A stretch of DNA of 64,000 bases, taken from IMG/VR virus record IMGVR_UViG_3300042401_002002; one strand, given 5' to 3'. Position numbers and translations under genes: made by a program. Origin of the DNA: a virus (lineage: Duplodnaviria; Heunggongvirae; Uroviricota; Caudoviricetes). The notes under the pieces were generated by a model. It saw nothing but the letters and a program-made list of their open reading frames with translations. It was not told where the DNA came from and made no database searches. Below are positions 39,268-49,585 of this stretch, in pieces; the stretch's first letter is position 1, and each line of letters starts with the position of its first letter.

Positions 39268-40118
39268 AAAAGAAACAAATTATAAATACCAAAGATAGTA
39301 GAACTTACCACGTTGGTTCACTTAAGTATGATTTTGAATCATTATTTGAAAATAATGATTTTTATAACAATAATGAAGTCTTTAATATTAATTACTTTAC
39401 ATTTCATGTAGAATTACCTTGTGATAATGGTGAAGTTTGTACTGACACTTTTAATGTAAAAGAAATTGTTACTCAAAATAAATTAAACGATTTAGTTTTA
39501 AGTATTGTTCTTGATAAACATTTTGAAACTAGATTTAACAGTGTAATTGATGTTGAAAATTATTTAAAAATGTTTTTAGATGATTATATATTATTTTCAT
39601 ATTCAAAAAAAGTTAATAAGTTCTTTATAGTTAAACCAGAACAAGTTATTAAAAATGCTGAAACATATTTTTTATTTGCATCATTAGCTAATGAACCCTT
39701 ACAAGAACTAGAAGAAAAAGGAGAAATTGTAGATATAATACTTGATACAGTAGAAGAATGTCTAGGTGACAATACATTAGGTTGTATTGGAATTGATGGA
39801 AAAACATGGTTTAATATTTATAAAACTGAAGATAAAGGGTTAATATTTAATGAAACATTTGATGATTTTTACGATACTCTATTTAAAGAATTTAATAAAC
39901 GTAAAAACCAACCTACTTATATTTTCATTAAAGTTGTTACTAATCCAGAAATATCGTTAGATGAACAATATTTAGAATTTTATGGTATTTGTTGTCTTAA
40001 AAATAATACTAACGAATACGAAATAGGTTTTGTTAGTGCAGAGGGTTTAAAACAATGCGTTAAACCTAATGGTGATAAAATAATTTACTGTGATTTAGAA
40101 GGAAATAAAATTAACTAA
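39264..40118 (+). CDS. hypothetical protein, paralog of 40121..41038
   Basis: Shared HVE(L/I)P, KL.DLVL.I and terminal DLEGN(K/R)I. Confidence 0.65.
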   Translation: MKKKQIINTKDSRTYHVGSLKYDFESLFENNDFYNNNEVFNINYFTFHVELPCDNGEVCTDTFNVKEIVTQNKLNDLVLSIVLDKHFETRFNSVIDVENYLKMFLDDYILFSYSKKVNKFFIVKPEQVIKNAETYFLFASLANEPLQELEEKGEIVDIILDTVEECLGDNTLGCIGIDGKTWFNIYKTEDKGLIFNETFDDFYDTLFKEFNKRKNQPTYIFIKVVTNPEISLDEQYLEFYGICCLKNNTNEYEIGFVSAEGLKQCVKPNGDKIIYCDLEGNKIN

Positions 40119-40120
40119 AT

Positions 40121-41038
40121 ATGAACTACAAAGCTAAACAAAAGAAAGAGTATTTTATCGTTTCTAGTGAAGAAATAAATTGGTCAGATGTTGAAACACA
40201 GAATTTTGATATAACTGATTTTGATAGTGAATTACAATATCATGTAGAAATACCTTTAATATCAGGTTCATCAATTACTAGTGATAACAAAAATCACAAA
40301 GATATTATCAAAACCAAAAAACTAAGTGATTTGGTTCTTTTAATTGAATCAGAAGGTTTTTATGAAGATGACTTTACTGAATCAGATGATTTTGTTGATT
40401 ATTTACATAGTTGGTTAGATTTCTACAAAATTTGTTGTTACAATAAAACAACAAAAAAATATTCTATTTGCAAAACTGAAAATGTTATTAATTGCTACAA
40501 TCAAACTGAAGAAGAATTAAATTCATGGAATAATAATATCATTAGTAAACCAGAAATTAGTTTTGATTTAGACAAAATTGGTTTTGATGAATCATTATAT
40601 AAAAGTAGTTTCAAAAACTTAGAATCAGCTTTAAATAAAAGTCTAGGTGATAAATTTAACTTTGGTGTGGTTTACTGTTCAAACAATTTAATCTTTGATG
40701 TTAATAAAAATAACAAAGGTGAAATTAGTTATGGTACTTTCTTTACTCATCACGAAAAAATAAAACGTGACATTGCTTTATATTTAGCACAAGATATTGC
40801 ACTTGGTATGACTTTTAAAGTTTATACAAAAGGTAAAGATGTGGAAGATAAAAAACAGTTCTTTGAAGTTTACGGTTTCGCTTTAATTAACAAACCAAAT
40901 GTTGATTATATATTTGATATAATGAATGTCACTGCCGAAGAAGTTAAAGATTCTTATAAAACTGACATAAACAAACAACCTGAACACTTTAAAAACTATG
41001 TTTTCTCTGATTTAGAAGGAAACAGAATAATTATTTAA
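40121..41038 (+). CDS. hypothetical protein, paralog of 39264..40118
   Basis: Same shared motifs. Confidence 0.65.
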   Translation: MNYKAKQKKEYFIVSSEEINWSDVETQNFDITDFDSELQYHVEIPLISGSSITSDNKNHKDIIKTKKLSDLVLLIESEGFYEDDFTESDDFVDYLHSWLDFYKICCYNKTTKKYSICKTENVINCYNQTEEELNSWNNNIISKPEISFDLDKIGFDESLYKSSFKNLESALNKSLGDKFNFGVVYCSNNLIFDVNKNNKGEISYGTFFTHHEKIKRDIALYLAQDIALGMTFKVYTKGKDVEDKKQFFEVYGFALINKPNVDYIFDIMNVTAEEVKDSYKTDINKQPEHFKNYVFSDLEGNRIII

Positions 41039-41041
41039 ATA

Positions 41042-41455
41042 ATGGAAATAAAACCAGGACTATCTTTAGTTTCAACTAAAGAATATTTTGAATTACTTAA
41101 ATTCAAAGAAACTATCGAAAACAAAGGTACTGTTATTGTAAGTGAAGGTAATCGTTTTAACGGTTATCTTGATACTAAATTCAGCTTCTTAACTGAAAAT
41201 GAAACTCTTGATAATTTATCTAAAAAGATAGAAACTTTAACAAAAGAAAATGTTTTATTAAAGGATGAAAACAATGTATTAAAAACTGAAAATAAAATTT
41301 TGAAATCTGATATTTTGTCTTTAAAATCGGTTAATTCTACATTAGAAAAAGGTAATGAATTATTATCTAATCAAATTCTAGAATTGACACCTAAAGTATT
41401 AATACACGAACCTAATTGGTTTCAAAAACTATTTAAAATAAATATTTTTAGATGA
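41042..41455 (+). CDS. coiled-coil hypothetical protein
   Basis: Heptad L..EN..L repeats. Confidence 0.6.
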   Translation: MEIKPGLSLVSTKEYFELLKFKETIENKGTVIVSEGNRFNGYLDTKFSFLTENETLDNLSKKIETLTKENVLLKDENNVLKTENKILKSDILSLKSVNSTLEKGNELLSNQILELTPKVLIHEPNWFQKLFKINIFR

Positions 41456-41661
41456 CACAACAACAGTTAGAAATCATTGATAGATTATATTCGTTTTACG
41501 CTATCAACAAGGAAGAATATAACATTTTAGTAGGAAATACTAACCAAGATACTTGCGTTAAATGTAGATGCTCAAAATGCACCAAAAACGAAAGATATGA
41601 AATACCGTATTCTCTTTATTCCAAAGATGGTACTATCAACTATAGTAAACATGGTTGTTAA
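41452..41661 (+). CDS. small hypothetical protein
   Basis: 69 aa, C..C.C..C cluster. Confidence 0.55.
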   Translation: MTQQQLEIIDRLYSFYAINKEEYNILVGNTNQDTCVKCRCSKCTKNERYEIPYSLYSKDGTINYSKHGC

Positions 41662-41673
41662 ACATTATATTAT

Positions 41674-41937
41674 TTATTTTAAATAAAAAACTCTTCTTAA
41701 ATTAATAGGAAGAGTTTTTTGTTTTAATGAGGTTATAAATTGCTCAAGTAAAATCTCAATATTAGTTTCATATTTATCACTAATCTTACCACATGTATTA
41801 CATTTTATTTTAACTAAACTTTGACTATTTTTATAATTTTCATGTACTAACGAATAATCAAACTTACCGATACCATGTATATATTCAGATTCTTCAATAA
41901 ATTGTTCAACAGGTATTGGTTTCAAAACATTACAGTT
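41674..41937 (-). pseudogene. 3' fragment of zinc-ribbon homing endonuclease, truncated
   Basis: EQFIEESEYIHGIGKFDYS...KIKCNTCG repeat as in 5302..6588; no nuclease domain follows. Confidence 0.7.
41685..41720. terminator. bidirectional terminator, AAACCTC-family variant
   Basis: AAAAACTCTTC...GAAGAGTTTTT. Confidence 0.75.
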
Positions 41938-41938
41938 T

Positions 41939-43454
41939 AAAATTTCATAGTATTTTATACTATTACTCTTCTTTTGTGGACTTTGACCTCACACTGGGTT
42001 AACTGCCAACCCTCTATCGGTTTCATGTTCCGTTTGGAACAATCCGCCCTTGCGTTTTATATTATTATCGGTACTAATTTACAGCGACTGCTGTCTAAGA
42101 ACCTACCGATACTTAACATATACTTTCTTAGTATATTATAACTACCATTCACATCTGAGTTAACTTTGATGTTGTTTTTACTAACGTACAAACCTCTTAG
42201 CTTACGACTTCCACTGAAACTGTAATTCTTAGCTTGGTTTTTATTATAAGTTGGTATCAAGTCATCATCAACAAAGCTCGCTTGTGATGTGTAACTTTCC
42301 TCTTGTTCCACAACAACGTTACCTATCAACTCACTTTTGTACTTTAACTGTTGAGTTAATTTAGTATAAGGTATCGAAACGAAGTTTTGGTTAACTTTCT
42401 TTGACATATTTACTTCGTCTTTCCAACCTTTGTTACAACCTACAACTATTGTACCAATATTATACTGTAAACATAGTTGCAATATTTTGTTTGTGTACTC
42501 ATGAAACTCATGTTCAATTTTACAGTTACGTTTGTGAGTTAAAGTGTTAATCTTATTTGAGTTCTGTAAGATTTGAGGGTTTCCTTCTTTGTCTTTCAAA
42601 CTAGAATGATTTGGTAGTTGCGACTGCAACTCTGCTCTGACTTTATTATAAAACTGATTTATTGATTTAACATGACCACCTTTAATTATACGAGGCTGAA
42701 AGCCTTCTACATTTGATGTTATGGTCATTAAATTGTTAACTCCGTAATCAATACTTATAATATTATCTTTATTTAAGTTCATGTTCTTTTCTTCTACATC
42801 ATAAACAACTTCAATTTTATATTTTTTATTTGACATTGGTACTAATCGTACCATTTTCAAAACACCGTTGTGTTTGTTAATGACAGGTACTTCAATGTTA
42901 GTTCCACTAAGTTTAATAAAACCTTGTTTTAATTTAGTTTTAGATATTGCACCAAGTTCATACGTTACTACGTAACGACCTTTGGTTTTGTGCAAGTAGT
43001 TAGGTAACTTTGGTCTGCCTGTTAAACAGTCTTTATTACTTTTGTACTTTTTACAAAGAGCAAAGAAAGATTTAAAGTTTTTATCAACCAACATAAGAGT
43101 TTGATTACTAACTTTACGTGGTAATTCACAATAATCAACATCTTTACTGTCAACAAATTGTCTATTAATAGTATTATAATTAAAATAATTTGCATGGTCA
43201 ACCATGCCTTGTTCTTTTAATTTGGAAGTATTAATAAATTCTTGTCTTACAGTATAGAGAGCTTTATTATACAGATTTTTACTTTTAAAACACAGAGAAT
43301 CAATCTCTTCATAGAAGCGATGTGATTTATTAATTATGTGTTTTTCGGTATTGTACATTAACAGTTATTATTTATTATAAATAGTTTGTTTTATAAAATA
43401 AATATGTTAAATTTACATAAAACTAACATAAAGTTCTATGTTAGATGGTTGCTT
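41939..43454 (-). mobile_element. non-autonomous tnpB-only IS200/IS605-type element (approximate ends)
   Basis: Subterminal hairpins CTAACATA/TATGTTAG (43423-44) and ATAGTAT/ATACTAT (41947-63); TTTAAA at both junctions; splits a homing endonuclease ORF. Confidence 0.7.
42057..43358 (-). CDS. tnpB: TnpB RNA-guided endonuclease
   Basis: EKHII...CFKSKNLYN N-terminus, RuvC-I SIDYGVNNL, EESYTSQAS, RuvC-III NSDVNGSYNILRK. Confidence 0.9.
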   Translation of the reverse strand: MYNTEKHIINKSHRFYEEIDSLCFKSKNLYNKALYTVRQEFINTSKLKEQGMVDHANYFNYNTINRQFVDSKDVDYCELPRKVSNQTLMLVDKNFKSFFALCKKYKSNKDCLTGRPKLPNYLHKTKGRYVVTYELGAISKTKLKQGFIKLSGTNIEVPVINKHNGVLKMVRLVPMSNKKYKIEVVYDVEEKNMNLNKDNIISIDYGVNNLMTITSNVEGFQPRIIKGGHVKSINQFYNKVRAELQSQLPNHSSLKDKEGNPQILQNSNKINTLTHKRNCKIEHEFHEYTNKILQLCLQYNIGTIVVGCNKGWKDEVNMSKKVNQNFVSIPYTKLTQQLKYKSELIGNVVVEQEESYTSQASFVDDDLIPTYNKNQAKNYSFSGSRKLRGLYVSKNNIKVNSDVNGSYNILRKYMLSIGRFLDSSRCKLVPIII

Positions 43455-43640
43455 TTAAACACAACCTCTTCTTTCATTTAGATGTCTATACGGCGTATTA
43501 AAAAATGTGGTTCCGCATTTATTACATTTAATTTCCACTTTTGTATCCACATTTTTGTAAACTACGTTACTATAATCATAACGTCCATCTCCATGTATAC
43601 TCTTACCTTTTTCTATAAAATTTTTTAATTTGTCTTCCAT
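43455..43640 (-). pseudogene. 5' fragment of zinc-ribbon homing endonuclease
   Basis: FIEKGKSIHGDGRYDYS...KCNKCG...RGCV*, broken at element boundary. Confidence 0.72.
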
Positions 43641-43701
43641 TTTATTTTAAATTAAAAAACCTGATATTAACTAAAATACCAGGTCACACTTGTTTAATGT
43701 T

Positions 43702-43848
43702 TTATTTTACTGAATCTTTAGCTAAAGAATCCACTTTAACTACTACCGAGTCAACCTTAGTTGAATCTACTGAATCAGTTTTTTTAGTTTCACCACAAGA
43801 TAATAAAGCGAAACTTACACAGATAATTGGAACTAATAATTTTTTCAT
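43702..43848 (-). CDS. 48-aa lipoprotein with five D-S-(V/T/L) sequons (not in track)
   Basis: MKKLLVPIICVSFALLS|CGETKKTDSVDSTKVDSVVVKVDSLAKDSVK; lipobox LLSC. Confidence 0.78.
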   Translation of the reverse strand: MKKLLVPIICVSFALLSCGETKKTDSVDSTKVDSVVVKVDSLAKDSVK

Positions 43849-43893
43849 TTAATGAAATTTTTGGTTTAAAATTAAAGATTAGACAAAAATACA

Positions 43894-43920
43894 AAAAGCT
43901 TGGAATAAATCCAAGCTTTT
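43894..43920 (-). terminator. major capsid terminator overlapping a Bacteroidota-type promoter
   Basis: AAAAGCTTGG-ATTTATT-CCAAGCTTTT; TTGG-N19-TATTTTTG on minus strand, 43914-43884. Confidence 0.7.
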
Positions 43921-43946
43921 CATACAATTTATTTTCAACTTATTGA

Positions 43947-45650
43947 TTAAGCTCTTAAATCAGAACCTACTGCGTAAGTTGGAATTGCATCTACATAAAT
44001 TTTACCATAGAAACGGTTGTTAATTACTTTAGTTGCAAAACGTGACATTAACATATACACTGAAGTACCATCATTGAAGTTAGTCATTTTTGGTAACATC
44101 ATGATTGGAGTGTATGGTGCATACACATAACCTGTTGAGAATATGTCTGACCCCTTGTGTCCAATCAATAATTGAGAACTGGGGCTATAGTTGTCGACAT
44201 ATAAATCATAACGGTTTTGTAACGAACCAATTTTCTCAATACCCATAGAGAATTTAGTTTCACCAGCAGAAGCATCAGATACGTGGAAATACTCTAAAGA
44301 GTTAAACAACGCAGCGATTTCTGGAGAACAAACAATCCAGTTAGCTCCACCACCGTTTAAAGTAGATTTAGAGATAGCAGCTGAGATTTGATTAATTTTG
44401 ATAATTAACTCTTGGTTGTAATCTTGACGAGTAATACCACTTCTTTTTGAGAAACCATTGTAATCAAAACGGTCAATATAAGCAGCACATGCACGTAATT
44501 CTCTTAAGATTGTACGGTCAATTTCAGTAGAAACTGATTGAGACATAAGAGAAACTAAAGACTCTTCAACATCAAAGTTGTGATAAGCTTTCGCATCAGC
44601 AGCAACCTCTGGAGTGAATGTAGCTCTTAATTTTCTTGGTTCTCCAACATCAATTGTAGTATAAGCTAAATCGAATGAAACCTCAGCAATTTCTGAATCT
44701 TGCTCTAAATCAGAATATAAAGAATAAGAAGCTGTAAATACTGGTGTACCAGTTGTAGAACCTGATAAAGCGATGTATGAACCATCAGTTGCACCTGGAT
44801 AAGTTAAATCTAAAATTAATTTTAAGTTACCGTTAGCATCAACGATAGATTTAGACCAAGACTGTAAACCTAATTTGAATGGAATTTCAGAACCAGCAGC
44901 AACATCATAGTTACCATTAGAAGCAGCGTTACCAACAAAAGCAACGTTTGAAGTAATTTTCAATGAAGCTAAGAATTCTTCAGTATCCATTGGGTCTCCA
45001 ACAGGACCTTGCATTTTTCCACCGTTTGAAGTGAAACCAGTTACGTTAACAGTGAAGAATTTAGTTACACCATTAGTGAAAGTACCACCTGAAACAACTG
45101 GAGCTTTTACAAAGATTTTTCCAGTAGTTCTATCGAACAATGCATCACCATACTCAGTAGCAGTTTGAGCATAATAAGCATCATACAATGAATAAGTCTC
45201 AAATTGAGTTCCGCCTGTTTTACCTGTACGTCTTCCGTCAGCATCTAAAGAATAGTTAGCAGCAGCATTTGAATAAGCACCATCCATTGAAGTATGTGCA
45301 TCATTTACTCTTTTAGAAATTTTTGGGTTATAGTAATAGATACGTCCGTTAGGTCTATCTAAAGCTTGAACCGAAACAATTTCGTTAGCAAGTAATTTTG
45401 AGAACACACGTCTAATTACAGGGAATACAACTGTTTCAAAAGAACCAGAAGAATCTGTAGTTGTAGACTCATTTACCATCCAAGAAGCTTGGTTTTCTAA
45501 TAATTGAGCCATGTTACCTTTTTGGAAACCGTTAAAACCTTCTAAAAGACCAACAGCATCCCATTTTTGAGCAATTAATTCACGTTGCTCACGCATTAAA
45601 TTTGTACCGATGTTTCCTAATTCACCACCAGCTAATAAACTTCTACTCAT
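43947..45650 (-). CDS. major capsid protein (T4 gp23-like)
   Basis: KW...GLLEG, AQLLENQ, FPVIRRVFSKLLANEIVSVQ, RKLRATFTPE, STEIDR.IL, GYVYAPY.P. Confidence 0.95.
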   Translation of the reverse strand: MSRSLLAGGELGNIGTNLMREQRELIAQKWDAVGLLEGFNGFQKGNMAQLLENQASWMVNESTTTDSSGSFETVVFPVIRRVFSKLLANEIVSVQALDRPNGRIYYYNPKISKRVNDAHTSMDGAYSNAAANYSLDADGRRTGKTGGTQFETYSLYDAYYAQTATEYGDALFDRTTGKIFVKAPVVSGGTFTNGVTKFFTVNVTGFTSNGGKMQGPVGDPMDTEEFLASLKITSNVAFVGNAASNGNYDVAAGSEIPFKLGLQSWSKSIVDANGNLKLILDLTYPGATDGSYIALSGSTTGTPVFTASYSLYSDLEQDSEIAEVSFDLAYTTIDVGEPRKLRATFTPEVAADAKAYHNFDVEESLVSLMSQSVSTEIDRTILRELRACAAYIDRFDYNGFSKRSGITRQDYNQELIIKINQISAAISKSTLNGGGANWIVCSPEIAALFNSLEYFHVSDASAGETKFSMGIEKIGSLQNRYDLYVDNYSPSSQLLIGHKGSDIFSTGYVYAPYTPIMMLPKMTNFNDGTSVYMLMSRFATKVINNRFYGKIYVDAIPTYAVGSDLRA

Positions 45651-45706
45651 TTTGTTTTTTTAAATTATTTTAGTTAGTTTTATTTAAATAGATAAAAAAT
45701 TATTTT

Positions 45707-47113
45707 TTAAAGTAATTTTTTCCATCTAGCAACTAACGGATTAGTTTGTGTTTGTTCACCAGCTGCTTCGTTAAGTTTTTTACTATTAACTTCATCAGTG
45801 GCAAGGATTGTTGTTCTAGTTATTTTATCATTAATAGATTCCTTAACTAAAGTTTTTGTTGAACTAGAAAAACTTTCATTTAAATTACCGTAACATGCTT
45901 TAGCACCTTCGATAGTATCAACTGACATAAATTCTCTAATTACTTTAATTTTCTCATCTTTTGATAAGTCGTGTTCTAGGAACAACTGATTAACATGGGA
46001 AGTTTTATGTGACAACACTGTTGCCTCGTACAATTTTTCCTTGATTTTATCAAGGCTCTTTAAACTTTCTGTGTTATTTTTTTTAAGTTCAGTATTTTCA
46101 GCAATTAATTTTTCAGCAAGTGATTTTAATTGTTCAAAACCTTCACGTATAGTACCTTTATCTTTATTATATTCTCCGTATTGAGAAGGTTTAGCATTTA
46201 CTGATTTAGCGTTAGCGAAACTTCTTGAAGTACCTTCTTCTAAATCATCACCTTCTTGTTCAAATTGACCAGCAATTCTTTCAGCAATATCAAAAATTTG
46301 ATATTCTTGGTCTTCGTTAGCTGGTGCAAATTTATCCGTTAATTTATTTCCTAAAGCTTCAACATTTAATTGGTTATTTGAATCAACTAAATCAGAAGCT
46401 TCATGTTGAATTAAATATTTAGCAAAAGATTCAACCGCTTTAATATTTAATGGTGTTGAATCAACCTCGGTATTTTCTACTTCAGTATTTTCAATTTCAT
46501 TATCAACATCTAAATCATCTGAACCTAAAGCGTTAATAGCTTCTTCTAATTCAGCATCTGTAATTTCTGAATCATCATTATCAACAATAACATCAGCTGA
46601 TTCTTCACTTTCAATTTCTTTTAATAGTGCATTAACTTCTTCTTCTGATAAATTATTTAAAAAATCATCAGTGTCACCATTTTCACCTTCTTTAGGTTCT
46701 AAATTTCCAACCTCAGATTTAATTTCATCTTGTGAAATAGGTTCTTGTTCCTCACCTTTGTTAAATTCAGGCATTTCTGTATCTGTATTATCTGTCGTTA
46801 GTTTAGTTTCATCAGAACTAGTATTATCTACATCAGTTGTATCAACATCAGCGTTAATTAATCCTTCAATATCAACATCATTTAATATTGAATTAATAAA
46901 ATCAACATCATGTTCACCTTCTTGATTTTCAATTCCTGATTCTGGTGTATTTACTGGTGCGTCATTATCTAAATTTTCTTCACCTTCAAAAAGTCGTGCA
47001 AGTTTATTATCAAGGTGTTTTTTTGATTCTTTGATAACTTCTTTATTAGCAACTTTAGAAACGGTGTTTTTAATTTCTTTTAAATCAGCAACTGCTTTTT
47101 TTATTACACTCAT
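45707..47113 (-). CDS. prohead scaffolding protein (T4 gp22-like)
   Basis: Very acidic, coiled coil; between protease and capsid; C-terminal RWKKL. Confidence 0.78.
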   Translation of the reverse strand: MSVIKKAVADLKEIKNTVSKVANKEVIKESKKHLDNKLARLFEGEENLDNDAPVNTPESGIENQEGEHDVDFINSILNDVDIEGLINADVDTTDVDNTSSDETKLTTDNTDTEMPEFNKGEEQEPISQDEIKSEVGNLEPKEGENGDTDDFLNNLSEEEVNALLKEIESEESADVIVDNDDSEITDAELEEAINALGSDDLDVDNEIENTEVENTEVDSTPLNIKAVESFAKYLIQHEASDLVDSNNQLNVEALGNKLTDKFAPANEDQEYQIFDIAERIAGQFEQEGDDLEEGTSRSFANAKSVNAKPSQYGEYNKDKGTIREGFEQLKSLAEKLIAENTELKKNNTESLKSLDKIKEKLYEATVLSHKTSHVNQLFLEHDLSKDEKIKVIREFMSVDTIEGAKACYGNLNESFSSSTKTLVKESINDKITRTTILATDEVNSKKLNEAAGEQTQTNPLVARWKKLL

Positions 47114-47201
47114 TTTTTAGTTTTATTTTAAATAGTAATTTTTATTTTATTAAATATTTGTTTTTATGTTAAAACTTTTTTAATAAATTATTTTAGTAGT
47201 T

Positions 47202-47888
47202 TTATTTTATTAAAAAAGACTTATATTTATTTTCAATTTCTGATAATTGTCTTTTAACAACACTTTCATTAACATTTTTTAATTCATCAGAATCTATTGA
47301 TTTATATAAATAAGCATCCGGTGTTGATGGTGATGAAACTAAATCCCAACCAATTAATTCAAAATCATTCTGAACAACTAAAACATCGTTTTGTTTTCTA
47401 ACCGAACCTAAACCTCTAGATGAAATACCTAGTTTACATTTCTTTTTAAGTAAATCAGCTATATAATCAGCTTGACAACCTATTGTTCCGTCATTATCAT
47501 ATTTAATTGATGTTAATAGCTCGATAACACCCCATAATGTGTTTTGTGACCACCAAAAATCGACAACCAACAAACCTAAATCTTGACTCCTTAAAGAAAT
47601 ATCACTTCTATCAGGATGACAAACTTCACCAAAACTATTTCTATCTTTAACTAACTGAATATATTTTTGTAATTCTCTTTCTAAAATTTGTCTTGAGTAA
47701 ATTCTTGAATTACGATTTCTCACTTCTGCTTTTTGCAAAATACATTCAATATAAGTTGATTTACTATCTCTAACTAAATTAGAAACTGATTCATTTATAT
47801 TACTAGAACTAGTTATAATTTTATTAGTATAACCTTCATGTTCAATTAATATCCCAGTACCAACTTCTCTAGCTTCTAAAATTTTCAT
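47202..47888 (-). CDS. prohead protease (T4 gp21-like)
   Basis: ILQKAEVRNRN.RIY, GEVCHP, GISSRGLGS, DFELIGWDLVSSPSTP.A. Confidence 0.93.
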   Translation of the reverse strand: MKILEAREVGTGILIEHEGYTNKIITSSSNINESVSNLVRDSKSTYIECILQKAEVRNRNSRIYSRQILERELQKYIQLVKDRNSFGEVCHPDRSDISLRSQDLGLLVVDFWWSQNTLWGVIELLTSIKYDNDGTIGCQADYIADLLKKKCKLGISSRGLGSVRKQNDVLVVQNDFELIGWDLVSSPSTPDAYLYKSIDSDELKNVNESVVKRQLSEIENKYKSFLIK

Positions 47889-48024
47889 TAGTTTTAATTT
47901 TAATTAAATAGGTTAAAGAATTTTGTTATTTATTTTTTATAAAAAGTTATAATTAGTTTTTATTATAAATAGTCAACGTTATTTATTCTAACTATTTATA
48001 ATAAATAAAAAAACTTATAACTAG

Positions 48025-48801
48025 ATGATAAACTTTGGAATTATAAACGAGGCACTAAATTCATTATTCGTAAATGAAAGTATTGAAAATGGTGGTTTAA
48101 ATTCTACATACAAGGGTTATGTGGATTTAATTAAAAATTCAGAAATATTAAAACAAGAATTTAAAGTTTACAAAACTTTAGAAGACACAAAATTTGAAAA
48201 TAAAGATATAGCTAAAGTATTTCTTGATAAAATTCTAGAACCTTTTAAAAATTATACTTATAACGAGGTATTAAATGAAGTTGCTAAGATTAAAAATTTA
48301 GTATCAAATCCGGAAAGAATTGAAGATACAAAAAGAGATTTATTTATTGCAATTGACAACTTAATTTTAAGTTCTACTAAGGATGGTATTTTTAAAGAAC
48401 CAGTTAAAAATAATTTTGAAAAATCATTAAATACTGTTTTAACATTCATTACAGAACCACAAGTTTTAGAAACTGAAGACGAAGACGAAATAAGTGAGGA
48501 AGAGTTAGGTTATTTTAAATCAGATGATATAATGGATAAATCAGTTGAGTTATACGAGGAAGAATATGGTGAACAACTTAATGAAATGCAAAAGGAATTT
48601 ATTGGTAAGTTATTCAAAAGTGAAGATAATGAAAAACCATTAGTTTTTGAACAAATAAAACAACATGTTTTAAATGTTTTAGTGGAAGATAAAACAAGTG
48701 ACCCACAACTTATTGATAGTTGTATTGCTAAGGTAACTAAAATGAAATTCAATGAAAATAATTTCTATGAAAACGTCACAGATTTACTCGAATTCTGTTA
48801 A
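48025..48801 (+). CDS. conserved-looking late hypothetical protein
   Basis: 258 aa; ACTATTTA at 47991-47998. Confidence 0.65.
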   Translation: MINFGIINEALNSLFVNESIENGGLNSTYKGYVDLIKNSEILKQEFKVYKTLEDTKFENKDIAKVFLDKILEPFKNYTYNEVLNEVAKIKNLVSNPERIEDTKRDLFIAIDNLILSSTKDGIFKEPVKNNFEKSLNTVLTFITEPQVLETEDEDEISEEELGYFKSDDIMDKSVELYEEEYGEQLNEMQKEFIGKLFKSEDNEKPLVFEQIKQHVLNVLVEDKTSDPQLIDSCIAKVTKMKFNENNFYENVTDLLEFC

Positions 48802-48874
48802 AAACAAGAAAGATTGCAACTGTCCAAAAGATAAACCTAGAGTTATCAAACGTTAATAATAACCACTTGACTTT

Positions 48875-48908
48875 AAAAACCTCTCTTATTAATTTAAGGA
48901 GGTTTTTT
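48875..48908. terminator. AAACCTC-family hairpin
   Basis: AAAAACCTC...GAGGTTTTT. Confidence 0.65.
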
Positions 48909-49224
48909 ATTTTATAACCTCTTTGTAATCTTTACTGAAACGTAATAAATAATACCTGAAACGTAAAATATTTTCTATTTAAAATAAAATAGGGAGAGAT
49001 GAGGATGGTTTTTATTATTATCGCACTGGTTCTTACTTCTGTTGATATTACATTGCTTAACAGAAGAAATAAGACAAAAACTAAATATTCTGTTGTTTGT
49101 ACATTAAACAAACAAACAGAATCTGAACTAGAACATTTTTATTTATAAAATATTTTTAAACAGCTTGTAATTAATTTTGCAAGCTGTTTTCTTTATTAAC
49201 TATTTATTTGAAAAATACACAACT

Positions 49225-49554
49225 ATGATAATACTAGATTTTTGCTTTATATTTATGTTACTTGGAATAAGTGCTGGGTTATTCTCTAAGTTTATTGATT
49301 TTTGTTTTAATGAAGGTAACGTTTTAGATTTTTATTATCTTTGGGTTATCACGTACATTGAACCTTTATACCCTAAACTAGCTAAACCTTTAGGTGTTTG
49401 CAATGTATGTTTTAATTTTTGGTTCTCTAGTTTTTTATTTCCTTTATTATTAACTTCCATCGGGTTAAGTTTTAAAGTTAGTTATTTTTGTTTATATTTT
49501 ATTTACATTTCATTCACTTGTATAACTAGTTTATATTTGAATAAAGAAAATTAA
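49225..49554 (+). CDS. membrane protein with CxxC (DUF1360-like)
   Basis: KPLGVCNVCFNFW, three hydrophobic segments; likely start 49225. Confidence 0.5.
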   Translation: MIILDFCFIFMLLGISAGLFSKFIDFCFNEGNVLDFYYLWVITYIEPLYPKLAKPLGVCNVCFNFWFSSFLFPLLLTSIGLSFKVSYFCLYFIYISFTCITSLYLNKEN

Positions 49555-49585
49555 TTTATTCTATTTATTAATAAACATATCTAAT

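Noticed and set aside
42057-43454. Group I intron/IStron around tnpB
   Set aside because: Under 100 bp of AT-rich sequence at the left end, with no room for a group I core.
48780-48860. Open stretch NSVKNKKDCNCPKDKPRVIKR* overlapping the end of 48025..48801
   Set aside because: No start codon. Cannot distinguish a frameshifted tail from chance without homologs.
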